The notes under the pieces are model-generated. The model saw only the letters and a program-made list of their open reading frames with translations, ran no database searches and was not told the origin of the DNA. The position numbers and the translations under genes are program-made. 64,000 bases of DNA. Source: an uncultured Dermabacteraceae bacterium. Its GTDB lineage: Bacteria > Actinomycetota > Actinomycetes > Actinomycetales > Dermabacteraceae. This document shows, one piece after another, positions 54,583 to 64,000 of the stretch; the first letter of the stretch is position 1, and the number at the start of each line of letters is the position of its first letter. The DNA lies in assembly GCA_946223075.1 (NCBI GenBank), contig CAMILZ010000001.1, positions 177,086-241,085 of the forward strand, read 5' to 3'.

Positions 54583-56541
54583 CTACTCCCCTAGATACGC
54601 GACCTTGGTCTCAGCCACGCCCCTCACGGCCTCCCGGATGTGATCCGGCTCAAGAATCTCCGCTTCGCCCCCGGTTTCAAAGACCGCAGCGAGGAGAGCG
54701 TGAGGCGACGAGGGCGCGACACGGGCGATGAGACGCGAAGAATCTGGTTCGACGCGGATGTCACTCGCGTTGAACGCCTCAAGGATCCAGCGCGCGCTGG
54801 GGCCAATCGCGAGCGTGACTCTTGGCCATTTTTCAAGCGGGATGTCGAGAGGTGTCGTACGGTCGCCGACGTCGGGTGCCGCAGAGTCGGCTGGATCCCA
54901 CGATTCAACGATGCGGTCAGAACGGAACTCCCTTTCGGCTTCCACGAGCGTGCAGTAGGCGCGAACGTACAGCGCTCCGTAGCGTGAGCGCACTTCGTGC
55001 GGCTCGATATCGCGTACGCTCACGCCACGGCGGGTGGGCGGCGAGTACATGATCCGTACGGTTGTGCCGCGTGTGTGAGCGCGAAGAAGGCGATCGAGGG
55101 TCTGGTTTTCACTGGTCCGCGTTCGATCCGACGGTGCCTCGGCCAACGATGCGCCTCCGGGAAGCATCGCTGCGAGCTTGGATTTCAGCCCCTCGAGTCT
55201 TTCTTCTGAAAAGGCTGTTGCCGTTTCGGCGAGAGCCTCGAGACCCATGAGGAGTGCGCTCGTTTCACTCGCGGTGAGCTGCATGGGGCGTGCGAGAGGG
55301 GCGGCGCCGGTGACGGACACGTAGCCGTCGTCGCGTCTCACCTCGACCAGGTCGTCGTAGCCGCGCGAATAGTCTCCCGCGTTGTAGAGGACATCGAGGT
55401 CGGCATTGAGCTCGTCTTCCGTAAGCCCAAATTCTTTCGCCATCATCGCGGTTTCGACCTCGCCGTGGGCGTAGAGATAGGCAATCTCTGCGCTCAGGCG
55501 CGCGAGTTCCCCATCGCCGCCTCCCACGTCGCGTGCACGTTTTGGCTTCACTTTCTCGAACCCTCGGGCCTGCTCCCACGTGAATGCCGCCGGCCCCGAG
55601 TGAAGCGCGAGAATGCGAGCCCTCGTCAGAGCCCAGGTCGACGCGAGTGGACTCCGCCCTTCGAGCCTGACCCAAAGGGGCTCGGACCACGCCGCTTCGA
55701 GAAGACCTCGTGTTTGGTCTGCGGCAACATCTTTCACCGTCTCGGTGGCGGTCATTCCCAGGCGTGCGCGCAAGGCGAGTGCTTTGAAGGGCGCTATCCG
55801 CACGCGAACGGGAACGCTGTCTGCCCGGTCAGATGCTCCACTTTCTGGGCCCGAGAGAAGTTCCCTGATCGGCGGGTGGTCCTCGCGCTCATGCTTTGCG
55901 GCGGGGCCTTCGAGGGGAATGGATTCGATGCGACTGACGCGAAACAGACGCGGAGCATCGCGCTCAAGGTCGAAGCCGTAGAGATACTCGCGGCCGTCAA
56001 CAACGTCGAGAGCCCACGGTTCCATGCGGCGCTTGTGCGCAACGTCGGCCGTCGAAGAACGATAGGAAAAAGACACCGACTGTCCGGCCTCGAGCGCTTC
56101 GAGCAGTGAACTCAACGCAGGCGACCTCCCAAGTGCACCGCTCGCCAATCCTGCGGTAGGAGAGATCCCGAGCGACGCGAGCTTCGCGCGGATACGGGCG
56201 CCGAGGCTTCCCGCGGATTCGGCGCTCCACATCGCTGCTGCCGAGGCGAGCATGAGCCTCTCGGTCTCATCGAAAGAGGCGGCTATGGCCTGGCCTTCGC
56301 GCACCGAGGCTGTGTATCGAAGAGCCGAGGGATTGACCAGGTCGGGATGCGAAGTGACGTCGATGCCAAGCCTGCTGAGTCGCGCAAGATCCCGGGCAAA
56401 CTGGCGCCGAACGCTCGACGGCGACATGCTCCCATAACCCGGCACAAATTCGGTGATCTCCTCGCGCGTGAGACCTCGCGTGCTCGACGTGAGAGTCAGC
56501 GCGAGATTCAAGAGGCGCTCGACATTGTGGGTGGGTGGCAC
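54583..56541 (-). CDS. pafBC: Single-chain PafBC (fused PafB-PafC, two HTH-WYL-WCX modules) DNA-damage-response regulator
   Basis: 652 aa, twice the size of PafB or PafC. N-terminal HTH ERLLNLALTLTSSTRGLTREEI, an internal second module (...LDRLLRAHTRGTTVRIMY...), and WYL-type regions. Located upstream of tatA-tatC-helY exactly as pafBC is in mycobacteria. Confidence 0.75.
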   Translation of the reverse strand: MPPTHNVERLLNLALTLTSSTRGLTREEITEFVPGYGSMSPSSVRRQFARDLARLSRLGIDVTSHPDLVNPSALRYTASVREGQAIAASFDETERLMLASAAAMWSAESAGSLGARIRAKLASLGISPTAGLASGALGRSPALSSLLEALEAGQSVSFSYRSSTADVAHKRRMEPWALDVVDGREYLYGFDLERDAPRLFRVSRIESIPLEGPAAKHEREDHPPIRELLSGPESGASDRADSVPVRVRIAPFKALALRARLGMTATETVKDVAADQTRGLLEAAWSEPLWVRLEGRSPLASTWALTRARILALHSGPAAFTWEQARGFEKVKPKRARDVGGGDGELARLSAEIAYLYAHGEVETAMMAKEFGLTEDELNADLDVLYNAGDYSRGYDDLVEVRRDDGYVSVTGAAPLARPMQLTASETSALLMGLEALAETATAFSEERLEGLKSKLAAMLPGGASLAEAPSDRTRTSENQTLDRLLRAHTRGTTVRIMYSPPTRRGVSVRDIEPHEVRSRYGALYVRAYCTLVEAEREFRSDRIVESWDPADSAAPDVGDRTTPLDIPLEKWPRVTLAIGPSARWILEAFNASDIRVEPDSSRLIARVAPSSPHALLAAVFETGGEAEILEPDHIREAVRGVAETKVAYLGE

Positions 56542-56583
56542 CCTCCAAGCCTATCGCGCAGCCTCGGTAAGCTGGGGATCATG

Positions 56584-57687
56584 ATCGCGCAAGAAACGGG
56601 CACGGTGTTAGAAAAACGTGACGCGTGGGCGGGCGTGAGTCGGGTGTGGGTCGCACTTGATTCCGACGGCAGCCGCGTGAGCGCCCTTGCCTATCTCGAC
56701 ATCGTTGGAGCACCCGAGCCGGGCGACCGCCTCGTGCTTAATACGAACGCTCTTAGGAAGAATCTCGGCACTGGCGGGGACGCCTTCATCGTGGCGAACC
56801 TCGATGCCTCGGGAAGCGCCAGCCTGACCGAGGGCCACATGATGAAGGCTCGCTACACCCCGCAGCAAATGATGGTCGATGCACTCGACGATCCGGCATC
56901 GAACGCGCACGAGGCCATTGATGCCCTCGACGATCTCGACGGTATGAGCGTGGTCGTCGCCGGTTTACACTCAGCCGTCGGACCCATTGCCGCGGGTTTT
57001 CGCGCCCACTCCCCCAAAGCCCAACTCGTGTATATCCACACGGACTGGGCCGCGCTCCCCGTTGCGTATTCGCGCGCCAACGCTCGCCTACGCGAAGAAG
57101 GAGTCATCGCCGCGACGATTAGTGCGGGGCAGTCCTTCGGCGGAGACGCCGAAGCCGTGTCGGTTCCCTCGGCGCTTGCCGCCGCGCGCGCCCACTACGA
57201 GGCCGATGCCGTGATTATTGCGCAAGGCCCCGGCAATCTCGGCACGGGCACGCGCTGGGGATTCGGGTCGATCGCGGTCACCGATGCGCTCCACGCCGCC
57301 TCCGCCATGGGAGCACGCACGATTCTCGCGCCGCGCGTCTCGCAAGCCGATCCTCGCGAGCGCCACGTGGGCCTCTCCCACCATTCGCGGATCGTACTCG
57401 AGCGCATGCTGCTCACGAGCGTCGAAGTACCGCGCGTTTCGGCGTCGCAGCGCCTGGACATCGACGAAAACATTGCCTGTTCGTACGGGAGCATTAACGA
57501 GGTACGTCGTGCCCGGAACCTCGACCCCCACCGGGTTCTGGACACCTCGAGCGATGACCTCGATCAGGCCATTCGCGACCTTCCCATCCGCGTGTCCACC
57601 ATGGGGCGCGGGCTCGACGAGGACCGCGCGAGCTTCCTCTACAGCGCCCTCGCGGGCAGGCTCGCCGCCGAGGACGCTATGCAGTGA
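56584..57687 (+). CDS. Conserved hypothetical protein (possibly DUF3866-like)
   Basis: 367 aa from the MIAQETG start (track begins at 56347). No catalytic motif recognised. The family assignment is from weak recall only. Confidence 0.4.
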   Translation: MAQETGTVLEKRDAWAGVSRVWVALDSDGSRVSALAYLDIVGAPEPGDRLVLNTNALRKNLGTGGDAFIVANLDASGSASLTEGHMMKARYTPQQMMVDALDDPASNAHEAIDALDDLDGMSVVVAGLHSAVGPIAAGFRAHSPKAQLVYIHTDWAALPVAYSRANARLREEGVIAATISAGQSFGGDAEAVSVPSALAAARAHYEADAVIIAQGPGNLGTGTRWGFGSIAVTDALHAASAMGARTILAPRVSQADPRERHVGLSHHSRIVLERMLLTSVEVPRVSASQRLDIDENIACSYGSINEVRRARNLDPHRVLDTSSDDLDQAIRDLPIRVSTMGRGLDEDRASFLYSALAGRLAAEDAMQ

Positions 57688-58189
57688 GGGAATGCGTGTC
57701 GATGAGCGCGTTGAAGTCGCGCGCCATCTCGACGCCGCGGGCACCATCCGCCCGCTGAAAAGCCATAACCGCGTAAGTGTCGCCGTCTGCCAAGTCCACG
57801 TGCGCCCACGGATCCCCCTCGGGAAAACTCACTCCGATGAGTTCGGGCCAAGCGAAGCGCCTGGAGGAAAAAGCGTTACGGATGAGCACATGGCTGGATT
57901 CGGCGCGTACCTCGACGCTTGCATGACGGTGGCAAAACCACCCCACGAGCAGCGCGAGCGCGACGAAACCGAGCGAATCCAGCACCCGGTGGATGACGAG
58001 CGGAAGCGTGAGCGCCATGACGAGGCACGCGAGGGCAAACACGCCTGCAACGACGTAACCCCACGTGCGCACCGCCCTCGGTCGAAACGTCACCGGGAGA
58101 GATGCGGAAGCGGGACTCTCCTGAGGCAGTTTTCCTGACACGGATCGATTAGGCGTGGCGATGGGCGTTGGCGAGCTCGCGCAGAGCAT
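57677..58189 (-). CDS. Hypothetical membrane protein with a bacterial PH-like domain
   Basis: TM segment [24 protein letters not shown], then a ~100-aa beta-rich region (...[25 protein letters not shown]...). The long N-terminal extension in the track overlaps rpe and is unlikely to be real. Start uncertain. Confidence 0.4.
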   Translation of the reverse strand: MLCASSPTPIATPNRSVSGKLPQESPASASLPVTFRPRAVRTWGYVVAGVFALACLVMALTLPLVIHRVLDSLGFVALALLVGWFCHRHASVEVRAESSHVLIRNAFSSRRFAWPELIGVSFPEGDPWAHVDLADGDTYAVMAFQRADGARGVEMARDFNALIDTHSLTA

Positions 58190-58847
58190 CGATCTCGGTC
58201 GCGGCGTCAGGGGCCTTGTACACGGCGCTTCCCGCCACGAAAACGTTGGCACCGGCCTCGGCGGCGCCCTCGATCGTCGTGCGTGAGATGCCGCCGTCGA
58301 CTTGGATCGAGACTTCGAGATTCTGCTCGCTGATGGCCTTCCTCGCGCGGCGGACCTTGGGAAGCATCGAGTCAATGAACGACTGGCCACCAAAGCCCGG
58401 CTCGACAGTCATGACGAGAAGCATGTCGAACTCGCCGAGGATGTCCATGAGCGGCTCGACGGGGGTTGCGGGGCGCAGCGCCACGCCTACTTTGACGCCC
58501 TTGGCGCGAAGCTCCCGCGCGAGGCGCACAGGGGCGCTCGATGCCTCAAGATGAAAGGTCACCGACTGGGCACCCGCTTCAGCGTAGGCAACGGCGTCAC
58601 GGTCGGGAGAATCGATCATGAGGTGGGCATCGAGCGGAATTGGCGAACGCTTCGCGATCTGCTCGACCATGCTCACGCCGAAGGTCATGTTCGGCACGAA
58701 ATGGTTGTCCATGATGTCGATGTGGGCGGCCTCGGCGTTCGCGATCTTGTCCAGCTCGGAACCAATCTGCATGAAGTCGCTATTGAGAATCGACGGGTGG
58801 ATGGTGGTCGTAGACGTCGAGTACACGAGGGCTCTCCTATCGAGCAT
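58149..58847 (-). CDS. rpe: Ribulose-phosphate 3-epimerase
   Basis: [10 protein letters not shown], ...[16 protein letters not shown], ...[12 protein letters not shown], ...VDGGI match Rpe motifs. Start uncertain (ATG at 58847 or a nearby GTG). The track ORF to 59012 is over-extended. Confidence 0.88.
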   Translation of the reverse strand: MLDRRALVYSTSTTTIHPSILNSDFMQIGSELDKIANAEAAHIDIMDNHFVPNMTFGVSMVEQIAKRSPIPLDAHLMIDSPDRDAVAYAEAGAQSVTFHLEASSAPVRLARELRAKGVKVGVALRPATPVEPLMDILGEFDMLLVMTVEPGFGGQSFIDSMLPKVRRARKAISEQNLEVSIQVDGGISRTTIEGAAEAGANVFVAGSAVYKAPDAATEIDALRELANAHRHA

Positions 58848-60399
58848 TCGGGGTGGTTTCGGGATCAATTTTTCTAAAAAGCGCGAGAAACATCGCGTCG
58901 GTGCCGTGAACGTGCGGCCACAGCTGCACGAAGGGGCCGTCCCCGAGGTCGATGTCGCCGGCATCGCTGCGAAGACCGGCGCGAAGGGCCTCGCGTGCGT
59001 CGAGAACCTCAAGGTCCTTGTGGCGGCGCTGAGCTTCCTTCGCCACGAGGAGAGTCTCGTTCGTGTGGGGCGAGCACGTCACATACGCGATCACGCCACC
59101 GATCTGAGTGGCACGTACGGCACTGTCGAAAAGTTCGCGCTGCAAGCGTGCGAGACCGCCGAGATCTCCCGGTTTCTTCCTCCAGCGGGACTCGGGGCGC
59201 CGGCGCAGCGCGCCGAGGCCCGAGCACGGAACATCGGCGAGCACGCGCGAGAACTGTTCGGGGAACCGTTCTCCAATGACGCGCCCGTCGGCCGTGAGCG
59301 TCTCAACCTCGGCCCCGGCTTCGACAAGGGTCGCAACGGAACGTTCGACGAGGTGCGTGCGGTGCTCCTGGAATTCAACTGCCATCACCTCGGCATCGTG
59401 GGTGATGCTCGTGCCCGCGAGGAGTGCTGTCTTCCCGCCGGGGCCCGAGCATAGGTCAAGCCAGTGATGGTCGGGTTCGGAAACGAGAGCGTCAGCGCCG
59501 AGCGCAAGAGCGAGGGCCACGAGCTGCGATCCCTCGTCCTGAACCGCGGCGCGGCCATCCTCAACAGCGGGGATTTGGCCTGGGTCTCCCCCCGGCCACG
59601 CCATGGAGAACATTGACCACGTTCCGGGCGTCGCTCCAGACTCGGCAAGTTCGGCCTCATCCGTGAGTCCCGGGCGCATCACGAGACTCACGGCAGGCGC
59701 CTCGTTCTGCGCGGCGAGCAGTGCGTCGATCTCGCGTGGATCGCGCCCGTGAGCTTTGAGCGCTTCGCGAAGTGCCCTCACGATCCATTCGGGGTGCGAA
59801 TGTGTGATGGCGAGGAAGCGATCCTCGTTGTCTTCGCGCGGGGGCACGACGGCCTCGAGCCATTCTTCGCGACTGCGCTCGCCTACACGACGAAGAACCG
59901 CGTTGACGAGACCTGCCGAACCCGCACCCGTGACTTCGCGAGCAAGCCCAACGGTTTCGGAGGCGGCGGCGTGCGGGGCGACGCCCATATCGAGCATTTG
60001 GTACGCGCCTAGTCGCAGCACGTCGAGCACGGAAGGTTCAATTTTCGTGAGAGGCCGATCGACGCACTCGGCGAGTACAGCATCGAGGCGCCCTTGGGCG
60101 CGCAGAGAACCGTAGAAGAGCTCGGTCGCAAAAGCCGCGTCTCGGCTCTCGAGTCGATGCCGGCGAAGAACGGCGGGAAAGACGATGTTAGCGTAGGCAT
60201 CCTCGCTGCTCACGCGCCTCATCGCCTCGTAGGCCGCAAGGCGCGAGGGCGTGGTGTGGCGCCGTCGCTCGCTCGGGCGGTGACGGGAGTACCCCTTGCG
60301 GGGGCCTCCCCTCCCGCGTGAGCCGCTGCGCTCGTGGCCCGCGTCGTTCCTGTGGCGCTGGGTGTGTCCCCCTCGGGTGTTCTTCGGCCTTTCGCTCAT
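58837..60399 (-). CDS. rsmB: 16S rRNA m5C methyltransferase RsmB/Sun (NusB-like plus NOP2/Sun domains) with an Arg-rich N-terminal extension
   Basis: ...[16 protein letters not shown]... (SAM-binding), ...[15 protein letters not shown]... (catalytic Cys region). Conserved rpe-sun-fmt-priA order. Confidence 0.85.
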   Translation of the reverse strand: MSERPKNTRGGHTQRHRNDAGHERSGSRGRGGPRKGYSRHRPSERRRHTTPSRLAAYEAMRRVSSEDAYANIVFPAVLRRHRLESRDAAFATELFYGSLRAQGRLDAVLAECVDRPLTKIEPSVLDVLRLGAYQMLDMGVAPHAAASETVGLAREVTGAGSAGLVNAVLRRVGERSREEWLEAVVPPREDNEDRFLAITHSHPEWIVRALREALKAHGRDPREIDALLAAQNEAPAVSLVMRPGLTDEAELAESGATPGTWSMFSMAWPGGDPGQIPAVEDGRAAVQDEGSQLVALALALGADALVSEPDHHWLDLCSGPGGKTALLAGTSITHDAEVMAVEFQEHRTHLVERSVATLVEAGAEVETLTADGRVIGERFPEQFSRVLADVPCSGLGALRRRPESRWRKKPGDLGGLARLQRELFDSAVRATQIGGVIAYVTCSPHTNETLLVAKEAQRRHKDLEVLDAREALRAGLRSDAGDIDLGDGPFVQLWPHVHGTDAMFLALFRKIDPETTPNAR

Positions 60400-61343
60400 G
60401 CCGCACTCTCCTCGTCCATACGCTCGCCCGTTTCAAGTCGGGTACCGCGCGCCCAGTCAGCCGCCCTCATGTGTTTCTTGCCCGCGGGCCCCACGAGCGT
60501 GAGTTCGATGGGGTGCGTAGCCGTGCCGAGGAAGACATGTTTTTTCGTGACTCCAAACTGTCCGGGTGTGAGAGCCATGCCTTCGGGCGCCTCGGCCTCT
60601 CCAACGCCGAGAACTTTGAGGCGCGCACCGCGCACACTCGTGTACGCTCCGGGGTTCGGGGCGTAAGCTCTGATGTGAGCGGCAACGTCACCCGCCGGCC
60701 GCGCGGGATTTATGGCGGCTTCGTCGGGCCGCAGCTTGCGGGCGTAACTCGCGCCCTCAGACGGCTGGGGTGTGAGTGCAAGGGACTCGTTCTCGATCGC
60801 GTTCATGACGTCGACGAGTACCCGGGCACCGTGAACCCCCATGTTTTCGAGGACCTCCCCCGCCGTCGCGAGAGGCGGGATCGTGTGCGTTTCCTGACGG
60901 CCGAGCGGCCCCGTGTCGAGCCCCTCATCGAGTTTGAACACGCTCACACCCGTCTCGCTCAGGCCCTGTTCAATCGCGCGCTGCACGGGAGCGGCACCGC
61001 GGAAGGCGGGCAGAAGGGAAAAGTGAAGGTTGTAGAAACCGTGCGTGAGCGAGGAAAGAAGGCGCGCATCGAGAATCTGGCCATAGGCGACAACCGCTGC
61101 GGCCTCGGCGCCGGTCTCTCGAATCCACGCGAGCGTGTCATCGCTTCGCGCATCCGCGGGCTTGAGCGTGGGAATGCCCCGCTCCTGGGCGAGCAACGCC
61201 ACTGGCGAGGGGACGAGCTTCTTCCCGCGCTTGCCGCGCGCATCGGGCTGAGTGAGCACACCAACGACCTCGTGGGAGGAATCGGCGAGGGCAGCGAGAC
61301 ACGTGGCGGCAACGTCGGGCGTTCCGGCAAAAAGAATTCGCAT
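60396..61343 (-). CDS. fmt: Methionyl-tRNA formyltransferase
   Basis: MRILFAGTPDVAATCLAAL..., and ...HGFYNLHFSLLPAFRGAAPVQRAI matches the SLLP motif. Confidence 0.9.
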   Translation of the reverse strand: MRILFAGTPDVAATCLAALADSSHEVVGVLTQPDARGKRGKKLVPSPVALLAQERGIPTLKPADARSDDTLAWIRETGAEAAAVVAYGQILDARLLSSLTHGFYNLHFSLLPAFRGAAPVQRAIEQGLSETGVSVFKLDEGLDTGPLGRQETHTIPPLATAGEVLENMGVHGARVLVDVMNAIENESLALTPQPSEGASYARKLRPDEAAINPARPAGDVAAHIRAYAPNPGAYTSVRGARLKVLGVGEAEAPEGMALTPGQFGVTKKHVFLGTATHPIELTLVGPAGKKHMRAADWARGTRLETGERMDEESAA

Positions 61344-61368
61344 GATGCTTTGAGTCTACCGGCCCGAG

Positions 61369-63336
61369 CTAGAACACGTGTGGGGGATCAACCTGAAGAC
61401 GTAGCGTGCCGGGAAGCTTTTTCGCGCTTCGCACGAGCATGGCGGCACGCGCGGCTTCAACGAGCTCGGGCGCGCGGTGTACGGGGCATCGAAGCACAAT
61501 GCGGGATTCGGCATCGACGCCGGCTGCGTGAACGTCCGTGGGCCCGAACAGCTCTACGCTCTTCGGAGCATCGAATCGTGCAAGAAAGTCGGTGCAGGCT
61601 GCGCGTTCGCCACGAACCTCGATGACTTTGGAGGCGGGCGGCAGGCCCAGTTCGGCGCGTTCTTCAAGCACGCGGTCGATAAACGCGTGGGAGCGAACGA
61701 GCACGAGGGAGCGCAGCGCGGGATGTTGATCCGGCCCCACGACGAGGACCTGGCCGCCGCTCTCGAACGTGCGCGTCGCCCCAATGACGTGTGAGTAGCG
61801 GCGAACGGTTTCTGTATCGGCGTTGTAGTCGGCCCTGCCGAGCGAAGCGGTCGCGTCGACGATGACCGCTGCGGCATATTTGTTCGCTGCTTGCGGTTCG
61901 GCGCCCGGAGTCGCGATGACGAGGTCACCGTCGCACACGTCGGCATCGTCGACGATCCCTGCAGCCCCGCCCGAGACATGCAGTTTCGCCTGCGGGAATG
62001 AGCGTTGGAGATCAGCCGCGGTGCGTTCCTGGCCGAGCACGATGGGGCGCAGGTCCGCTCCCCCGCACTCCGCGCAACGGTAGTGCCCGTATCGACGAGC
62101 ACACACGCTGCAGCTAAGTTCACCTCGACCAGGAGCTGCGAGTGTCGCGTGACACTCCACGCACGTGGCCTTCGTCCCGCAGAATCGGCAGGCAAGAGCA
62201 GGGGCGTAACCCGTCCGAGGAACGTGGACGAGCACGGGGCCGTTGGCAAGGCCTCGGCGAATGACCGCGTAGGCGTGCGAAGGCAGGCGCGAAAATCCGC
62301 TCGCACCTTCGCGTTCGCGCAAGTACGCATCCATCAGCTCGATGCGTGGGTGGGTGCTCGCGTGCGGTGCAGGAACGGGCTCGAGGCTCGCGAGCGTCCC
62401 CGCGAGGGTCAGGTAGCGAGCGAAGTCCGACGGTGCCCTCGAAACGTAGAGGAGGGAGCACTTTTCGTGGAAGCTACGCGTGAGCGCCACGGTGCGCGCG
62501 TGGGGATAGGGCGCGCGCGGTTCTTCGTAGAGGTCATCGTCAGGGTCCCACACGAGGATCATGCGGAGGTTCTTGACGGGGGCGAAGACGGCGCTGCGCG
62601 TTCCGATGACGACGCGTGCGCGTCCATCGAGAGCCGCAAGGAACGCCGTGTATCGGGCATGCGGGCCCTGGGCGCTGCCGAACTGCACGTGGTGAATGTC
62701 GTTCTCGGCGAGGGCGCGCGCGAGACGATTGACGTCGCGCTGGTCGCTCGCAAGGAGGATCGCGCCGGCATCCTCGTCGAGATTTTCGAGTGCCTCGATC
62801 GCGAGTGCGATCCAAGAATCCACGGGATCGAGAACGATCGCGGCACGCGGGGTTGCGTCACCCCCGCGAGAATGGTCGAGGAAAGCCCCAAGACCCGCAA
62901 ACTTCGCGCGATAGGCACCGCTGCTCTGGGCGCCTTCGGGCTCGCGCGTGGTGGTGTTGTCGTCAGTCTGCGATTCGGCGTGCTGTTCGCGCTCAAGCCG
63001 GGCGCGATGCGCTTTCTCGGCGGCGGCGTTTCGCCCAGGTACGGCGAGGCGCAACACGTCGCTCAGCGATCCGGCATAGCGCTTCGCGACGTCTTCGCAC
63101 ACGCGAAACATCCCCTCGGAGATGAGGCAATCCTCGCTCACCACTTTGATAAGCGGCGCGAGCGGCCGAGAGGTATGCGGTTTCTCGTAACGGTCGCGCA
63201 CGAGAGCTTCGTGCTCGCGGCCCGAAAAACGCACTCGCACGCGCATGCCGGGAGCAACATCGTTCAGCGCGTCGGGGACGGCGTACTCAAAAGCACGATC
63301 AAGGTGCGGAAGAATCCCCAGCACGTGCACGGACAC
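61369..63336 (-). CDS. priA: Primosomal protein N' (PriA) with degenerate helicase ATPase motifs
   Basis: N-terminal 3'BD-like region and a C-terminal Cys-rich zinc-binding segment (CRFCGTKATCVECHATLAAPGRGELSCSVCARRYGHYRCAECGG). At the Walker A position the sequence is VLDPVDSWIALAIEAL (not GxxGxGKT). At the DExH position it is ILVWDPDDD. Confidence 0.8.
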   Translation of the reverse strand: MSVHVLGILPHLDRAFEYAVPDALNDVAPGMRVRVRFSGREHEALVRDRYEKPHTSRPLAPLIKVVSEDCLISEGMFRVCEDVAKRYAGSLSDVLRLAVPGRNAAAEKAHRARLEREQHAESQTDDNTTTREPEGAQSSGAYRAKFAGLGAFLDHSRGGDATPRAAIVLDPVDSWIALAIEALENLDEDAGAILLASDQRDVNRLARALAENDIHHVQFGSAQGPHARYTAFLAALDGRARVVIGTRSAVFAPVKNLRMILVWDPDDDLYEEPRAPYPHARTVALTRSFHEKCSLLYVSRAPSDFARYLTLAGTLASLEPVPAPHASTHPRIELMDAYLREREGASGFSRLPSHAYAVIRRGLANGPVLVHVPRTGYAPALACRFCGTKATCVECHATLAAPGRGELSCSVCARRYGHYRCAECGGADLRPIVLGQERTAADLQRSFPQAKLHVSGGAAGIVDDADVCDGDLVIATPGAEPQAANKYAAAVIVDATASLGRADYNADTETVRRYSHVIGATRTFESGGQVLVVGPDQHPALRSLVLVRSHAFIDRVLEERAELGLPPASKVIEVRGERAACTDFLARFDAPKSVELFGPTDVHAAGVDAESRIVLRCPVHRAPELVEAARAAMLVRSAKKLPGTLRLQVDPPHVF

Positions 63337-63452
63337 GACGGGTCGCTCAGAGGCAAGAGCGAATCCCGATGTGGTCTCAAAGGGTCTGTCGTCGTCGCGC
63401 CGTGGGCTGTTCTGGCCCGGTACGGGCGCGAAGAGCGCAGCCGGCTCCGACG

Positions 63453-63830
63453 TCAGCGCCCGGTCACCCCAATAAGGTCACACACGAAGATGAGGGTCTC
63501 GCCGCCCTTAATCACGCCTGGGATACCGCGAGGTCCGTAGGCAAGTGACGAAGGGATCTCGAGGCGTCGGCGACCGCCCACGCGCATCCCCTGAACACCG
63601 CGATCCCACCCGGGGATGACCTGCCCGACGCCGAGCGTAAAGCTCAGCGGCTCGCCACGGTCCCACGAGGCATCGAACTGCTTGCCATCGCTCAGGCCTA
63701 CGCCCACGTAGTGCACATCAACGACATCGCCGGCTTTGGCTTCGGGGCCATCGCCAACCGTTTCATCGATGATCACGAGCTCCTCGGGCGCTTCGCACCC
63801 CTCAACGCTGACAACTGGCTTTTCCATGAT
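63453..63830 (-). CDS. FKBP-type peptidyl-prolyl cis-trans isomerase
   Basis: MEKPVV...VIIDETVGDGPEAKAGDVVDVHYVGVGLSDGKQFDASWDRGEPLSFTLGVGQVIPGWDRGVQGMRVGGRRRLEIPSSLAYGPRGIPGVIKGGETLIFVCDLIGV is a canonical FKBP domain. Confidence 0.88.
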   Translation of the reverse strand: MMEKPVVSVEGCEAPEELVIIDETVGDGPEAKAGDVVDVHYVGVGLSDGKQFDASWDRGEPLSFTLGVGQVIPGWDRGVQGMRVGGRRRLEIPSSLAYGPRGIPGVIKGGETLIFVCDLIGVTGR

Positions 63831-63852
63831 GTTTCCTCCTGTTTGCGGTCTC

Positions 63853-64000
63853 TTAGGCCTCGGGCGAGGCGACATAAAGAACGTCGGCGACAAAGAGCAA
63901 GGTCTTGCCGGCGAGTGGGTTCTGGTTGCCTTCGCTCGCGGCACCGTAGGCCGAGGCCGGCGGGAGAATCAGAGCGATCTGGCTTCCTTGCTTTGCACCT
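63853..64000 (-). CDS. Second FKBP-type PPIase (3' end only; continues beyond the window)
   Basis: Minus-strand translation of the window end: ...GAKQGSQIALILPPASAYGAASEGNQNPLAGKTLLFVADVLYVASPEA*, an FKBP C-terminal signature. Confidence 0.65.
   Translation of the reverse strand, partial: GAKQGSQIALILPPASAYGAASEGNQNPLAGKTLLFVADVLYVASPEA

Noticed and set aside
58847-59012. N-terminal 55-residue extension of the rpe ORF, and the 5' 100 codons of the PH-domain ORF (58190..58393)
   Set aside because: The extensions overlap the neighbouring genes rsmB and rpe by 170-245 nt and are Arg/Pro/Ser-rich with no homology. The conserved N-termini of Rpe ([10 protein letters not shown]) and of the membrane protein begin further in. 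Shorter gene models were adopted.

Overview
This is a high-GC (about 65-70%) actinobacterial chromosomal core region. Gene order and the motif matches that could be checked against remembered Mycobacterium tuberculosis sequences (e.g. Rv1446c, Rv1445c, Rv1827, RbpA, Rv1451) suggest Actinomycetaceae or a related lineage. The window is densely coding on both strands. All calls rest on motif recognition in the supplied ORF translations; no database search was run, and coordinates of small sites may be off by 1 nt.

Recognisable blocks, in order:
- the pentose-phosphate operon tkt-tal-zwf-opcA::pgl on the minus strand, with ctaB divergent
- xerD, a parA/soj-like ATPase, rluB, tyrA and a cmk::der fusion
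- a NUDIX hydrolase convergent with an unusual 796-aa asparagine-synthetase-like/CofE-like composite enzyme
- tRNA-Pro(GGG), then garA (FHA) and a MerR regulator
- an orphan ParA-like ATPase with a PAC2-family protein, then trhO, a tetR-yhhQ pair, and a divergent MMPL (with a degenerate ABC-like tail) plus YhgE/Pip operon
- the SOS mutasome cassette imuA'-imuB-dnaE2, preceded by two LexA (Cheo) boxes
- trmH-like, an orphan ABC ATPase, an RNB ribonuclease, divergent glgA/glgC, sixA, fabG-like, DUF3099, SURF1, GDPD, rbpA, fxsA, ppm1, lnt, helY, dagK, tatC, tatA with an RD-repeat tail, single-chain pafBC, rpe, rsmB, fmt, priA with degenerate ATPase motifs, and tandem FKBPs.

No transposases, phage genes, CRISPR arrays or rRNA were found. 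The one site-specific recombinase is the housekeeping xerD.

The most unusual items are the AsnB-like/CofE-like composite enzyme, three in-frame fusions of normally separate genes (opcA::pgl, cmk::der, pafB::pafC), the MMPL with a pseudo-ABC tail paired with YhgE/Pip under a TetR operator, and the absence of scpAB from its usual position between parA and rluB.
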